From: Moniliella sp. 'wahieum'
Lineage: Eukaryota
Length of the DNA: 51,292 bases
Direction of reading: 5' to 3'
Assembly: GCA_003971905.1 (NCBI GenBank)
Contig: RSEE01000043.1
Location: 496,001 to 547,292 of the forward strand
Within the stretch, counting starts at the first letter, position 1; every line of letters starts with the position of its first letter. Below, one piece after another: positions 23,201 through 36,139 of the stretch. The notes beneath the pieces were generated by a model. It saw only the letters and a program-made list of their open reading frames with translations, did not search any database and was not told the DNA's origin. Both the position numbers and the translations under genes were made by a program.

Positions 23201-23514
23201 CCCAAGATGCCGTCAACCTTCCTCCCTCGGTATGGGAACTGGTGGCCAAACTGGTTCCGGCTGCTACCTACAATGGTCCGATTGTGGCCCCCGACATGTT
23301 GCTCCGGGAACTGCGGTCGGCCCAAATGCCCTCGGCAGGATCGAGGGGATTCAATTCTCCTCGTGGCCAAGCTGCGTTTGGGGATCATTCCGCTGCGCCT
23401 CGCGACCCCCGTGGCTGCGAGCGACCGTGGGCAGGCCCAGGCAGTACTAATGTGGTTCTTCCTAATTTTTCTCTATCTTCTCTCGTCTCGAAAATGAGCG
23501 AACCAATCTCGTGA
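20246..23514 (+). CDS. RNA14: mRNA 3'-end processing factor Rna14/CstF-77 (HAT/Suf repeats)
   Basis: [60 protein letters not shown], intron 21726-21825, [34 protein letters not shown] and [20 protein letters not shown]. Multiple frameshifts; the stop is at 23450 or 23514. Confidence 0.9.
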
Positions 23515-24003
23515 TGAACCAACTTTACATGAAGTATTTTTCGATAGGCGATGACAAGCGTAGTGGGCAACCAACGCTTGGGCCGTCCTCCACGATCTTC
23601 AGCGTCAGAGGGTTATAGGAGGGAGGCCTTTTGGCACGACAAAAAACAAAACGCAGCGCCACTTGCGTATTGCCAACACGGCATTTGCACGCGAGGAGAA
23701 AGCGAGCCCAATAGTAGTGTTTTCTCATGCCGTGCCTGTCCTCTCATCCTGTTGTCGCCATCGGTTCTTCCCTTTCCCCTCTTGTCAGAATCCGGATGGC
23801 CTCTGCATCCAGGGCTGTGCGAAGCAAATGGAAGAACAGGTAGAATGAAGGGGGTGGTAGTGCGCCATGATGCATGATATGTCATGCATCGACTACGGGC
23901 TTATCGATTGCTGATTTCGCTGGTTGTCGATTATCTGGCGTGCTGGGCCCATGCCGTAAGCACAGCAGCAGATCCGGCTCAGGCCCCAGTGGCAGCTGCG
24001 ATC

Positions 24004-24241
24004 GAGTCACTCTGCTGCCCATTAGCAGCGGGGCTAGCAACCGAGTCAGAGTGCGGGTCAGATCATAGATTTGGATCTATCCCAGACCAGGCCGGGGCAC
24101 AGACGGCTTTTCCGTTGCGTTATAGTCACTAGTCAGCGTTTACCCGGTACGCGTGTGGACTAGAGCTACTAGAGGGCCCTGAGTTGAGCCGCTGAACGTC
24201 TGAACGCCGATGCGCATGACTAGCACGCCCAGCTATGACTC
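24004..24241. promoter_or_regulatory. Three Gcn4/CpcA-type TGACTC elements upstream of ARG3
   Basis: GAGTCA at 24004-09 and 24043-48, and TGACTC at 24236-41, all within 380 nt of the OTC start. Confidence 0.5.
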
Positions 24242-24381
24242 CGGCTCGGTGGCCCCGGTGACCTTAGCATGACTGTCCAGAGGGACGCGTGAAATGCCCA
24301 AGCCGTCCGTGCACGAACAAAAACGGGTTTTCTTCTTCCCACCACCATCTCCATCCATCGTCTCGCGGCCACAGCTTCGCC

Positions 24382-25661
24382 ATGCTTTCGCTGCCTTTCC
24401 GCTCTTCCCTATCCGCGGCCCGCCTTTGCTCTCCTGTGCTGCACACCACTCGTGCCTCAGCGCGTGCCTTCTCCTCGTCCCGTACTGCCTTCGAACCCCG
24501 CAAGCCCCCGTCGCTCCTGACTCTTGCCGATCTAAACGTTGGTCAGATCCAAGCCTCATCGACACAGCCAGCCAATTCAAGGAAATCAGCAAGGCCATTT
24601 CCCTCGCTGATTCGGACTCGGCTGGCCTAAGGGAAAACGACGGGTTCGAGGAGAACGATGTGGTCCCCCAGTCGCTGACCGGACAGACATTGCCCTCCTT
24701 TTCACGAAGCGATCAACTCGTACGCGTCTGGCATCGGAGACGTCGATCAACATGCTCGGGGGGCACCCGCTCTTCCTTGCCCCTCTGACATTCAGCTTGG
24801 CGTCAATGAGACGCTCTATGACACGACCAAGGTCGTCTCCTCCATGGTGGATGGAATCATGGCCCGTGTCGGGGCGCATGAAGATATCGAGGTTCTGGCC
24901 AAAAACTCGGCTGTACCGGTAGTGAATGCGCTTTCTGAACGCTACCATCCCACTCAGATCTTGGCCGACCTTCTCACAATGGCCGAGCACTTCCCTAACA
25001 GCGAGTCTAATGCACAGCTGACCAGTCCCCCGGGAACCTCCCTTCGTGCCCTGGCAGGGCTCAAGATTGCCTGGATCGGAGACAGCAACAACATTCTTAA
25101 CGATATCTTGGTCGCATTCCACGTCTAGGCATTGACATTGCGGTCGCTGCACCGGCCCCGAAAGGGAAAATGTACGCAAAGGATCCAGTGGTGTTCGCTA
25201 CACTCGACAAGCTACTGGCTCAACTGCCGGAGGACGAAACGTTTGTCAAGGGGGGCTACCGTGCTGGTACTGTGACTTGGACCCACAGTCCCGAGGAGGC
25301 TGTGGCCGGGGCGGATGTGTTGGTCACCGACACGTGGATCAGCATGGGCGACGAGGCGTCTAAGGAGCAGCGCCTGCGCGACTTTGAAGGGTTCCAGATC
25401 ACGGATGACCTGGCTCGTCGCGGTGCGGCAAACCCGGACTGGAAGTTTATGCACTGTCTCCCCCGCAAACCACAAGAGGTCGACGATGCTGTTTTCCATG
25501 GCCCGCGCTCGCTTGTCTTTCCTGAAGCCGCGAACCGCAAGTGGACGACGATGGCAGTGTTTGAGTACGTTTGGTCATTGTTGTGGAGGAACCTGGCCCC
25601 CGCTAACCGAGTTATGAAACGGACTGTGAACAGCCGCATTTTTGGTCGCTGGGAGCTTTAA
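24382..25661 (+). CDS. ARG3: Ornithine carbamoyltransferase with a mitochondrial presequence
   Basis: Arg/Ser-rich presequence (...ARAFSSSR), [68 protein letters not shown] and AANRKW. Intron 25565-25633 precedes DRIFGRWEL*. Frameshifts are present. Confidence 0.95.
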
Positions 25662-25848
25662 CTTGTACCAGATAAAATCAGCCCCATGGTGGCAACGAAA
25701 ACGCGAAACTCTTTTGGGTATGAATGTGGCGGGCCCAAAAAGGCCCGGGCCTGCAGATGCTGTGGTGGGCGGGCGTGAGAGTAGTAGAAAATATGACGGT
25801 TGAACGTCCCTGGTGTGAGCAAAATGTTTCCCCTGTGTCCCTGCCTAT

Positions 25849-26704
25849 TGTTACGGGGCGCTCCGGTTATCTGCGAACGCTGAGCCCCATGTCGTACACA
25901 TCTCAGCCCAGCACCCGTCAGTCCGGTTAGACTAGCGAGAGAGAGCCAGTAGACACCTTATCTTTGCTGCGGATATCATCCGCGGCCCGCCATGGTCGCA
26001 AAGGGCCTTATCGGTACGAGGCTTCGTTCCCATTGCGTCCAGTCTTGTCAGAACCCTTCCTGCTGCGCCCAACTACGCAGCATCAATGCCTTGGAGAGCA
26101 AGGGCTGTGCATTAGTCTTTACCTCTCGGGGAAGTGCCCCGCATTCTGTCTATACCTGCCATGAAGCACTTGAGGCCTTGGTTCCTTCTGCTGTATATAA
26201 GCAGCCATGTCTAAGGCTTGCTAGCTGTGGTCCTTGTCGACCATCTGGTTTTCTACCTTTGGTTTCCCCGACTACCAGTTCCTCTCTCGCCCTTCCACCT
26301 TCTACCACCCTTACCTTACGAATTACGACTTACGTCGAGTGCACTGCAAGCCCGGTTACTCTCATCAGTATAGCGCTTATTGCTCTTCTTTAGGGCTCTG
26401 TCTGCTCCCCAGCTACAGCGTACCGAGTGTGGTAACGCTGCGAGGAACAGAGTAACTTCGGAGCTCCTGGACCCCTTCAGCTGGTCTAACGACCTACGTA
26501 CGCGGCTCCTACCTCGGAGGGTCTGGACTGCGGCCTTTGCACCCAGGCAGCCACCCAACCCGAGGGTCTCTCCCTCGCCTCTACACCCGCTCGGTTCGAC
26601 CAGCATCTGAAGCAGGAACCAACGTACGAGCCACCGATTGATCTGTTTAGGGGTTTATACCCCTACACTACAGGGGTCCCTAGCCTCGGGACCCCCTCAT
26701 GACA
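25849..26704 (+). mobile_element. Solo LTR of a retrotransposon (856 bp)
   Basis: Begins TGTTACGGGG and ends CCCTCATGACA (TG...CA, imperfect terminal inverted repeat). Flanked by CCTAT (25844-48) and CTTAT (26705-09), a 5-bp TSD with one mismatch. An internal TATATAAG lies near 26194 and there is no coding core. Confidence 0.7.
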
Positions 26705-28461
26705 CTTATTTCTATTCTGTAACCATATCATTGACAGAGTTAAGGCTGGACAAAGAAACGCTGCACATAAATCGACCCGTTCATCCGGCGTATGTTGCTT
26801 GTTAGTGCCAACCCCGTTTAAGGAACCAGGGGAATCGCCAGGATATCAGGTCGATCAGGACTCTCAGATGCCCGCCATTCGTTCCTATGAACGCAAATAT
26901 CTGTGTGGTTTGGTAACTGCCATCCCGTACGTAGGTTGCAACACTCTGAAGTAAGCTAGTAAGGCTTATAAGGTCTAAGGCCGGCCTTAGTGTAACAGTT
27001 GGGTCTTATCGTTGCTCAGATGCGTCTCCGAAGGCTCCCCCCAATTTTCCTTGGTTTCCTTAGTAACGCGTATGTCGGACGCGATGGCGCTGTGCATGAA
27101 ACCGTGTTACTTACCAAATACTTACCAAACGTACATTCAATATCCACAAGTTCACAGTGGCAAAAGTATGACCGTCAGTACTGAGGTACTCAGTGTCAAC
27201 ACGTCCATCCATCACCGGACCGGCGGCAACGTGGATAACGTGTAACATGTAACACCGTAGAACGAGTGCGATAATCGATAAGATCCAAGATCCAAATAGA
27301 GAAAGAAGCCCCGGTGTACCGACACCCAGCATCATGATGCATGATGCATGAAGCTCGTTGAACGTTGAACACTAACTGAACGCATACTGAGCACGCCCAA
27401 CGTCGAACCGAGCAGCTGTGCTATGCGCAGGCTTGGCCCAGGCAAAGTCATTTCACGTTCACTGATCGCGCGGTCACGACGTTCACGTGCAACATTCACT
27501 ACACTGCGCTCTGAGCTGAGGCGCAGCCGCCGAAACTGCTGAGGCGCTGTCGGATGCATTGCATGACGCCTATGCTTGATACGGATTGCTGCGGTACATA
27601 CCTTGGTTCGAGTGCCTCACTTTCTCTAGATCAGAGAGGGCCGATGGCCGGCGGTGCATGGTCGACACAAGGAGCTAGTACTATAGAGGCCCCATGAAGC
27701 TGAAGTCGATCACGGAAAAGTACGTGCGAGGAAGTCAGCAACAGCGGGGGCGTGGGGCCCTCAACGGCGTAAAGAGGGCTTGGCTGCTCTCCATCGCGTG
27801 TATACCACATGGAAACAGACCGATAATCGATAACCACAAAAAACACTGTTGAATGAACGTGTGTGTAAAAGCGCATCGATTTCGTTTCCGGTCTACCTCT
27901 GCCTATCGGGCCTGAGCCTCAGGAACACTCATCAGGTGTTCCTCAGGTTCGCAGTGACTTCCAGTGTTCCGTACAACCACAGTAGCGTCCCATTGCTAGG
28001 GCATGTGAGGACTGTCACAGGGTGTATATAATGAAGTCGGGTATTCATCGGTTGTACCCCCTACAACGGATGGATCGGGCCGCCCGCGAACTTTACAGGC
28101 GGTCTCTCCCTTTTTCTGCTCGTCCACCCAACCACCACCTCTTCTCCAAGGCTTCATCCGAGCCCTCTCTCTAGCACCACGATTGCTTTCCTAGCTCCTC
28201 TTCACTCGCGCCTCTTCCTCATTCAACTCATCCTCCCACTTCCGCTTTCCGACCTTATACTTTTCCATATCGCCGGATACATTCTTCATTTATTTGAGCC
28301 AGCAGCAACGTTTACTTCTTCGCTCTGTTCTCTGTTGTCTTAAAGGTATGGTATCGTTTCAATCGCGCCGAGCCAGCATTTGGTCCAAATGGACCAATTC
28401 TGGCTCTAATACCATTTGCTACGCATTTTACCTCACTCAACATCTCTCTCCAAAGGCCGAT

Positions 28462-28723
28462 ATGGCCATCCGGGAGAGCCTTGCCGCGTTCAAGCGCACC
28501 GGCGACCGGCCCAATCCAGTCGAATGGGTCTTTGTACCTTGGAAGGTGTGTCCCGGTTTCTGCCTTGTCCTGCTGATGACTAATCGCGCTAATCATGAAC
28601 GGTCTCCGTCTCACCCTACAGGAGGAAGAGGACGGCAAAGTGGAAGACATTTCTACATATGCACCACCCTTACCGCAACGCCGCAGACCCCCAATGCCCT
28701 CGTCGACACGCTGGTTTCATTGA
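28462..28723 (+). CDS. Small spliced orphan ORF (~61 aa), unknown function
   Basis: TATATAA at 28025, a CT-rich leader, 5'UTR intron 28346-28455 (GTATGG...CTAAT...AAG) and CDS intron 28546-28621 (GTGTGT...GCTAAT...CAG). Spliced product: MAIRESLAAFKRTGDRPNPVEWVFVPWK-EEEDGKVEDISTYAPPLPQRRRPPMPSSTRWFH*. Confidence 0.45.
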
Positions 28724-30569
28724 CCGTGCCAGTGGAACGAACGGGAGTGTGATCACAGTCAGCTCTCCAGACGTCCCCGGATGAAGGACGAGCGTACCCA
28801 GTCTGGGTTCCCCTATTAGCATCGTGGCCCAGGGCCGACTTCCGGCCAGCGCCGTCTCCAAGTTCTTTTGAACGTTAAGCGTGGAAAGAATACCTTGCAG
28901 GAGGTACTTCTGCACCACGGGTGTCTGCAGATGGGAAGAGCCAACGCGTTTGGGGAAGACTCTGGCGACGAGTACTGGCCCTAGAATTAATTTCGCATCT
29001 TACGACTCAATGTTCATACGCTGTCTCCGTCACTGATTATGCCTTTAAGCGTCACCGCCATTCACTTCCCCCTATTCAAGGTTCCTCTCGTCGTTCAAGA
29101 ACTCCAAACAGTTTCCCGGTCACCCTTCTTTCACTCTTCAATCTTCACCCTCAAGGTTCAGCCTTATCTCCCTTTTCACAGCACTTCATCCCTTGGGAGA
29201 CTGAGATGTACTCTCGCTCCCTCTCTTGTGATGGGGGAGGAAGTATTGTTTTGTATACGCGTTTACTTTGTGTCACACACTAGCACAATCTCGTACGTTC
29301 TATTGCTGTGAGGTCTGAAATGCAAATGGTGTTTTACGTGCAAATGGAGTAATTTTCGGTTCATCATCTCATTGATTGAGATCGTCGGAAGTGTCCTCAG
29401 CCCAAAGAGAGGCGCCCACTTGTCAGCTACTATTTAGCAGTATGCGAGAGCCTTAGCCTTGATGTTTATTACTTTGGATAGTAGAGCCTGATACTCTCCC
29501 TCCTTACCAACGATATCATCTGCATTATAGCTCCATTTAGTAGTATCCGTGTTGGAAGCCCGGCCCTCTCGGTACAATCGTGTTGGGGGGAAAGAGCCAA
29601 ATTGTCAGCGCCATCATGCATGCAGCTGATCACGCATCACGCATCGCGTGTTCTATCCGACTCTCCCCTATGTTCTGCCCCTAATGGACTCCTCTCTTGG
29701 AATAGATCCATCACCTCTCTCTCTTCTTTCTCCGTAGGTCTTTGTCCTCGTTTTAACACAATGAGTGTGTGGTGCTGGCCGGATGCCATCTTTCTTCTCT
29801 GGTGATTGCATGCCACTTCCCATTTTTGGCCTCCCCCGCCGTCGTCGCCGCCCCCCGCACGCCCTCCTTGCGAGAATAGAATAATCATATACCCTTCTCT
29901 TTTCTCTAACTGAGTGGCACATCCGTTGTTTATATGAATCTTTCTCGCGGCGTGCTCGGGACCGCGGGTCTGCATCGGCCGCCGCATCACAATCACGGGT
30001 GTGAGACTCTAACTCTCAAATCTTGGGCACTGTTTTCTCAGCGCCTCTTCTGTCAGGAGCACAAACGTCAGATGGAGAAAAAGGGCGATTCGTTATAGCC
30101 AAGCACATTAACCTGTGAGAACGCTCATCAGTGCATACTATCAGTCGATCATCTTTTGGCCTCTCTGAAGAATCCATAGTAGTAATATTGCAAAGATAAG
30201 ACAGGAGCAGATGAAGCGCTTACTGCTGCCTCGTGCGTGCCGTTTGTATACGGCCGTCTCGGAGTTTCGTGTGATGGTTCGCTCCCTCTGTTTGGAAAAT
30301 TTGACCATCCAATACGTGACGCCGACCACACGTGCGTATTCTGTTAGGGTGTTGGTTCCTGTCCTGAGGTCCGAAATGCAATTCTGCGTGCGCGAGTTTA
30401 CCGCAGAGTACATCCTCAGGGCCGCCAAGCGGCGTACGTAAGGGGAGCGGGTGCAGTGTGGCGCAGTCAGTAGGGTTGGGCCGCCGTGGCTGGCGGGCGC
30501 TGGCAGCCGGCTGTGGCGCGGCAATAATACGTGCACCATAGCTAGCCAGCGCGCCCCCCCCACCCCACC

Positions 30570-33543
30570 ATGTCGTCCATGTTCCGCCCCCACGACGACG
30601 CCCACAGCACCTCCCTCTTCCGCGCCCCAGCAGCCTCCGCCGCCCCCACCGCCGCCTCCGCCCGCCCGCCGACGCGCCTCCCCATGTGCCCAACCGCCAC
30701 GAGCGCATGCGCCTTGCCCTCGGCGACCTCTCGTACGATGCCTCCTTCGCTGACGACCACGACCCCGACGACCCACTCGACCCCTCCGAGCTCATCGCCG
30801 CGCCCGCCCCAACTTCCCCCCCCGTCCCCGCATTCGACGAGGCAGCCGCCGAGTCGGAAGGCTTGTACGCACTCGGAGGGCCGCCGAGCCACGGCAGTCT
30901 GCGCCTGGACGATCTGCTGCGCGACCAGGCCGCTCTGCCATCCACACCTGCCACTGCGTCCGGCCCAGTTGCGCCATATGGGAATGCGCCGACCTAGCTC
31001 TGGGACCACATCGCTCAATGGCAATGCCAGTCCCGCCAAGCCAGCCGAGGCACTCATCTCGGCTGCGTCAGCCAGCGGTCACAGTCCGCATGGAGATGAC
31101 AGCGGCAACGGCAGCGGAAGCCACGGTGTGTATGGCGGCGCTGAGGGCGGCGCGAATGACAGCTCAATGCAGGGAATTCCCTTGCCATCACCGCGCCTGC
31201 TGACGACGACTCACGTGGCCAACGCTCACGCCGAGAGCTTGTTGGCGAGGGCGAGTCTAAATTGCGTAGGTGGTTTTTCCTGTACTTGCGGTTGAGGCTC
31301 TGTTAGCGTTGTGGGGCTGCGTTTTGGATCAACAGGCTGACATTGTGGCACACGCGTACCAGTTCCACCCACCCCCGCTCCACTCGAGGACAGGGGTATT
31401 AGCGAAGGGCTGCGCACGGCGCTCAGCACGGCACTCGACACTAGCCGTCTCGCACCCGCCCAGGCGGTGGAGAGCCAAATTCAAGGCCAGGGTTCAAGCA
31501 AGAGCAAGACGGGCGGCTTCGGTAGGAATACGGGCATGGCGTTGGGGACGGCCAATGCGCTCCTCCCACCTCCCGAGGAGACGGATGAGAGTGACTCGGA
31601 CGGGGCCTGGGCACGCAATTGGGAGCAGCCCGATACGCTCGAGCCCCAGATCACCGGGTTTGCCGTCGCGTCCTCCAAGCGCAATGCGGACTTCCACGCC
31701 CTTTTCCCTGACGCTCCCGAGGACGACTATTTGATTGAAGGTAGGCCCTTCTCTCCCTTCTCCAGCTTGCCCTATATCCTACTGACAGTCCCCAGACTAT
31801 GGCTGTGCGTTGGTCCGTGACATTCTTCTACAGGGCCGGCTGTATGTGTCGGAAAACCATCTCTGCTTCCAGTCCAACATTTTCGGCTGGGTCACAAACC
31901 TCGTTGTCCCCTTCGCCGACATTGTGGCGATTGAAAAACGCAACACGGCTCTTGTCATCCCCAACGCAATCCACATTGCCACGCTGACCGCCAAGGTATG
32001 CTTGTATATCTGTCTTGTTGTGCTAGCGGGAAAGAAAACTGGCTAACAATCGGTTTCTGTCGTCTGTAGCATACCTTTGCTCCTCCGCCCGCGATGCAAC
32101 ATATGGTGTGATTGTCAACATCTGGAACCTATCTCACCCTTCGCTCGTCCCGCCCGACTCGTCGGAAGACGAAACGGCGGAAGGGCGAATGAAGGCCCGG
32201 ATGAGCAAGCGTGCCGGCTGCGACGCAAGTTTATGGAGCGCAAGGAGAAACGCGCCCTCGGCGAAGGGGAAGAGGAAGAGAGTGGGTGCCGATTCGTCCA
32301 CGTCAGACAAGGACGAGAGGCAAACGAAGAAGGCGTGGAGCAGATGAGGCTGCGGAAGTAACAAAAAAGTCAACGGTCCAAAGGGGAAGGAAGAAGCGCG
32401 CGACCGAATGTGCCGATGGTCAGCGCGGCGAGCATTATCCCAATGTTGTGCTCGACGTCACATACCCGACCAGTGTGGAGACACTGCATAACCTTCTCTT
32501 TACTACCGGCTTTGGCCGCGACTTTTTGGTGGGCAACCAAGCTTTGTTGGATGTCGAGCAGGGAGACTGGGAGAAGGAAGGCGATGAGATGGTGCGCAAT
32601 GTGTCGTACATCAAGCCTTTGAATGGTTCGATTGGCCCAAGCAGACCAAGTGTTGATCACCGAGCGCATGCTCTATGCCGATTTTGAGACGTACACAACC
32701 ACTTTGACCACCACACGGACCCCGACGTACCTTCTGGCGGCTCATTTTCGGTCAAGACTCGCACTTGCCTCACATGGGCAGGGGGGTGGAACACGCGCCT
32801 TCATATCACCTGCACCGTGGAGTGGACCGGGCGTAGCTTTATCCGCAGTACGTCCCTTTTGGTATTTTCGTTGCATAGAGTGCAGAAAAGGGACTGACGA
32901 ACGCAGGTGTGATTGACCGAGCCTCGATTGACGGCCAGAAGAGTACTACAAGGCGCTTAATCTCGAGATTTGCAAGTACATGAAGACCATGCAAACGAGT
33001 TCAAGCCCGAGGGTGAGGAGGGCGAAGGTGAGGAGAGCGAAGGCCAAGCGGAAGAATGGCGTTGGATTCGCCTCCACCTACCAAGGTGGTGGGTGCCGTC
33101 TTGCCCACACACAGGGGGTCCGACGCTCACCCCGTCTGGGAAGTCGCGACAAAGATGTGGTCGAGTGTGCAAGACCAGGGGGAGAAGCATCGATTACCAT
33201 CTTCTGCTGGTGGGGGCGGTGGTGGTGCTCCTGGTGCTGAATGCGTGGGCGATGCGTCCTTCCCGTCCCCACGCGCTGGGCCGTGGCAAGACGAAGTGTT
33301 GCTAAGCCAGGCTTTGCGCAAGGCCCTGCGGCAAGCGCTCTACCCTGCTGCGAGTCGCTGGACGCCCAGTCGCCCGGGAGCGAAGTGCAGCGACTGACCT
33401 TGCTCCTCCAGTTGCAAGAACAACAGATTCTCACCCTCAAGGCCGACTGCTTCAACTCACCTCCCGTGTCGAGAAGATCGGGCGGGCATGATGATGGCAT
33501 GACGCCGCCCGCCCCTCGCGCATACCCTAAACATTTCCCTTGA
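30570..33543 (+). CDS. GRAM + VASt domain sterol-transfer protein (LAM/Ysp2, GRAMD1-like)
   Basis: TGFAVASSKRNADFHALF..PEDDYLIE/DYGCALVRDILLQGRLYVSENHLCFQSNIFGW (GRAM), SYIKPLNGSIGP, TTTRTPDVPSGGSFSVKTRTC and VEWTGRSFI (VASt), and a C-terminal TM segment LLLVGAVVVLLVLNAW. Introns at 31251-31335, 31741-31795, 31996-32069 and 32848-32906. Ends are approximate. Confidence 0.88.
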
Positions 33544-33611
33544 CAATCATTCAATTTCCTACACAGCCAATGACATGATGCCACCTCAGTATCAGTCCAT
33601 CTGCTGCAGGC

Positions 33612-35327
33612 CTAGTCAAAGTGATCTTCTTGGCCTTGCCGGCACGAACTCCTTGAAATGGTCGCCATAGGCAGCATGGGTCTTCTTCTTGATGGTGGTA
33701 GGAATTTCATCAGGTCGTCCGGAACGGCCTGATTCGCATCTTTAAGGATCCGGACCATTCGCCCGCATGCGCCTTATCTCGTCGGTAAAGAAGGTGATGC
33801 GGCGCCATCTCGGCACCGCGTCCTGTCCGTCCAATGCGGTGCACATAGTCTTCGGCCGTAAGCGGGAAGGTGTAATTGACGACAAGTCCACATCGGGAAT
33901 GTCGAGACCACGGGGCCGCAAACATCAGTGGCAACGAGGATGGGCGCCGACCATCCTTGAACGCAGCAAGGTTCGCCCGGTCGCGCTGCCCCAGATCTCC
34001 ATGGATGCCCCGGACCTTGTGTCCGTTGCGGGCAAGACGCTGCTCGACCCGGGCAGCCTCCTTTTTGTACAGAGCAAACACCAGGATGCGATCTGTCTTT
34101 TTGTGGCCCTTGCCGGCATAATACTGGCGCAACACATCGTCCAACTTACGGTCTTGACCAGCCGCCTTCCAGAACGTGAACGGTTGCGTAATCCTCCTGT
34201 TGGCGCCGAGCTCGGCCGAGCCAACCGTGACGCGCATCGGGTCACGAAGGAAAGTGTCGGCAAGCATGCGGACCGCTGGCGCCAAGTCGCACTAAACAGG
34301 CCGTCTGCCGTTGTGCCGAAGGGGTCATACCCAAGATGGCGCGGAATGTCAGGTTCGAAGCCCTTATCCAGCATCCGATCCGCCTCATCCAGCCGGCCAC
34401 CTTGACGTTGCCCAAGACAAGCGAGCCGCGGGCCAAGTCCAACAAGCGCCCGGGCGTACCCACCACAATCGCTGGCGCAGGCCCCTTCCTGCCCTGCAGA
34501 GCGCGCGTCTGCTCCCTTTCCCCACACCGCCATACAGACACAGCACACCCAATCCAGTCCCGCGTCCGAGCTTTTCCAGCTGCTCGGCCGTCTGTTGCGC
34601 CAGCTCGCGCGTCGGCGCCACAACAAGCACCAGTGGGCCCGCCTTCGTATTTACTGCCCCCTCACGGAGCAGAGCTTGCACGGCCGGAGACCAAAGGCAA
34701 CGTCTTTCCGGACCTGTATCCATGTCAGTCACATACCCCAGCTGGTCGATCAAGTGAGGGAGGGCGGGGGCGGAGGGAGGGACGTACCCAGTCTCAGCAA
34801 TACCCACCATGTCCTTGCCCTGAAGGAGCAGGGGCCAGCAAGCGGCCTGAATGGGTGTTGGAGCAGGAAAGTTCTGATCGGCAAGCACCTTGCTGATGCG
34901 AGGGTCGACGAGGGTGTCCAATGCGGAAAAGCGGGTAAACGCAACTGCGTCCGCCGCCTTGCTGTCTTCCACCGCGCTGTCCTCGACTGTGATGTGGTTC
35001 TTTTCGAGGAACGCTTGGGACCCACTCGCATCCCCGCAGCAGCTGCAGCCACGTCAAGAGCGTAGTACACCTTTCCTAGACGCGGCTGCCCTGGCGCTGG
35101 TGCTGGGGTTGGGGCTGGTGCCGAAGCAGGTGCGCCCTTTTCACCTTCTTGTCCTTCTTGTCTTCTTGGCCTTTTGACACTTTTCTCGCTCTTGGAATAT
35201 CGGTGGCGGCTTCGGCCTTGCGCTTCTTGTCCTTCTTGTCTTTCTTCTCCTTCTTGTCCTTGTGGGGCTTGTCCGTCTTGCCCTTCCTTGGCTGCTTGAG
35301 CGCTTTCTTGCTCTCCTTCTCGCCCAT
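33612..35327 (-). CDS. DBP3: DEAD-box RNA helicase Dbp3 (ribosome biogenesis)
   Basis: Lys-rich N-terminus (KKEKKDKKDKKRK), PTPIQAACWP, GIAETG/SGKT split by intron 34714-34787, APTRELA, VVGTPGRLLDL, LDEADRMLDKGFEPDI, FSATW, LVFALYKKEAARVE, NYTFPLTAEDYVHRIGRTGR and C-terminal KKKTHAAYGDHFK...KKITFD*. Many frameshifts. Confidence 0.93.
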
Positions 35328-35352
35328 GGTGCTAGTGATGGTGAAGAGCAAG

Positions 35353-35360
35353 AAAAATTT
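35353..35360. promoter_or_regulatory. RRPE-like element upstream of DBP3
   Basis: AAAAATTT lies just upstream of the DBP3 ATG. RRPE is the typical motif of fungal ribosome-biogenesis genes. Confidence 0.35.
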
Positions 35361-36139
35361 GAACGCGCGGCGTAATTGTGAAACAAGGAAAAAAATAAAA
35401 TACAGCATTGTCTTGAAATGTTTCAGGAGGGAGTGAAGGTCTTTTGTTTGGTCACCGGTCACCGGTCACACCACATTTATGCCGACTAGTACCTTGACTG
35501 TTCTTTGCCGGTCCTGCGACTTGGGAAGATTATAGCGTATCCTCTTTCCGACATGAGGAGCTTCAGGACGATTGCAGGTAACTAGCAACACCCCACTAGA
35601 GTCACTGGTCAGGGTATACAAACGGACTACGTAATAGTTTCCTTCTGTACATAGCCTGACAGAGCGAGGAGATGTGTCCTAGGTGAAGATGAAATGTGGT
35701 GATGATCCGACGTGAGGCTCATAGAAAAGATGGAGAAGGACACGGCTGGTTCCTCCATCGTGGCAAGAGACAAGGTGGAGAGGTTACAGCAAAAGCCTAG
35801 CAGGGCTAACCTCCACATTAGAAGACGAGAGGAGACCGAAAAAATACCCCATACACAAGACGATCCTTTGATAACAAGCGGCGATGACGCAATATGGTGG
35901 GGTGGGGAGAAAAAGAATCGAGGCAGGGCGAATAAGGAAAAAAGGAGCCGAGATTGTAGGTGACCCTGTCCCCCACCCCTCCCCATCCATGTTCTAGGTG
36001 TGATGATGACATGTTTGTTCGACTGCACGAGGTCTGCGGGACATGATAGACAGTCGAGACAGGAGTGGGTTGCAGGGGCGGGCAAAGGCTAGAACGCTGA
36101 TAGCCCGCCTTGGTCACTCGTGCATGTCCACCAAAAGGC

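Noticed and set aside
27118..27126. ATACTTACC resembling the U1 snRNA 5' end
   Set aside because: It is part of a TACTTACCAAA duplication. It is not followed by TG, U1 stem-loops or an Sm site.
27560..27620. GGTTCGAGT T-loop-like motif suggesting a tRNA
   Set aside because: No cloverleaf stems could be built around it.
33612..35327. Pseudogene or programmed-frameshift call for DBP3 and the other frameshifted genes
   Set aside because: The indels affect nearly all genes, including essential ones, with intact motifs and no slippery-site pattern. Sequencing error is the simpler explanation.
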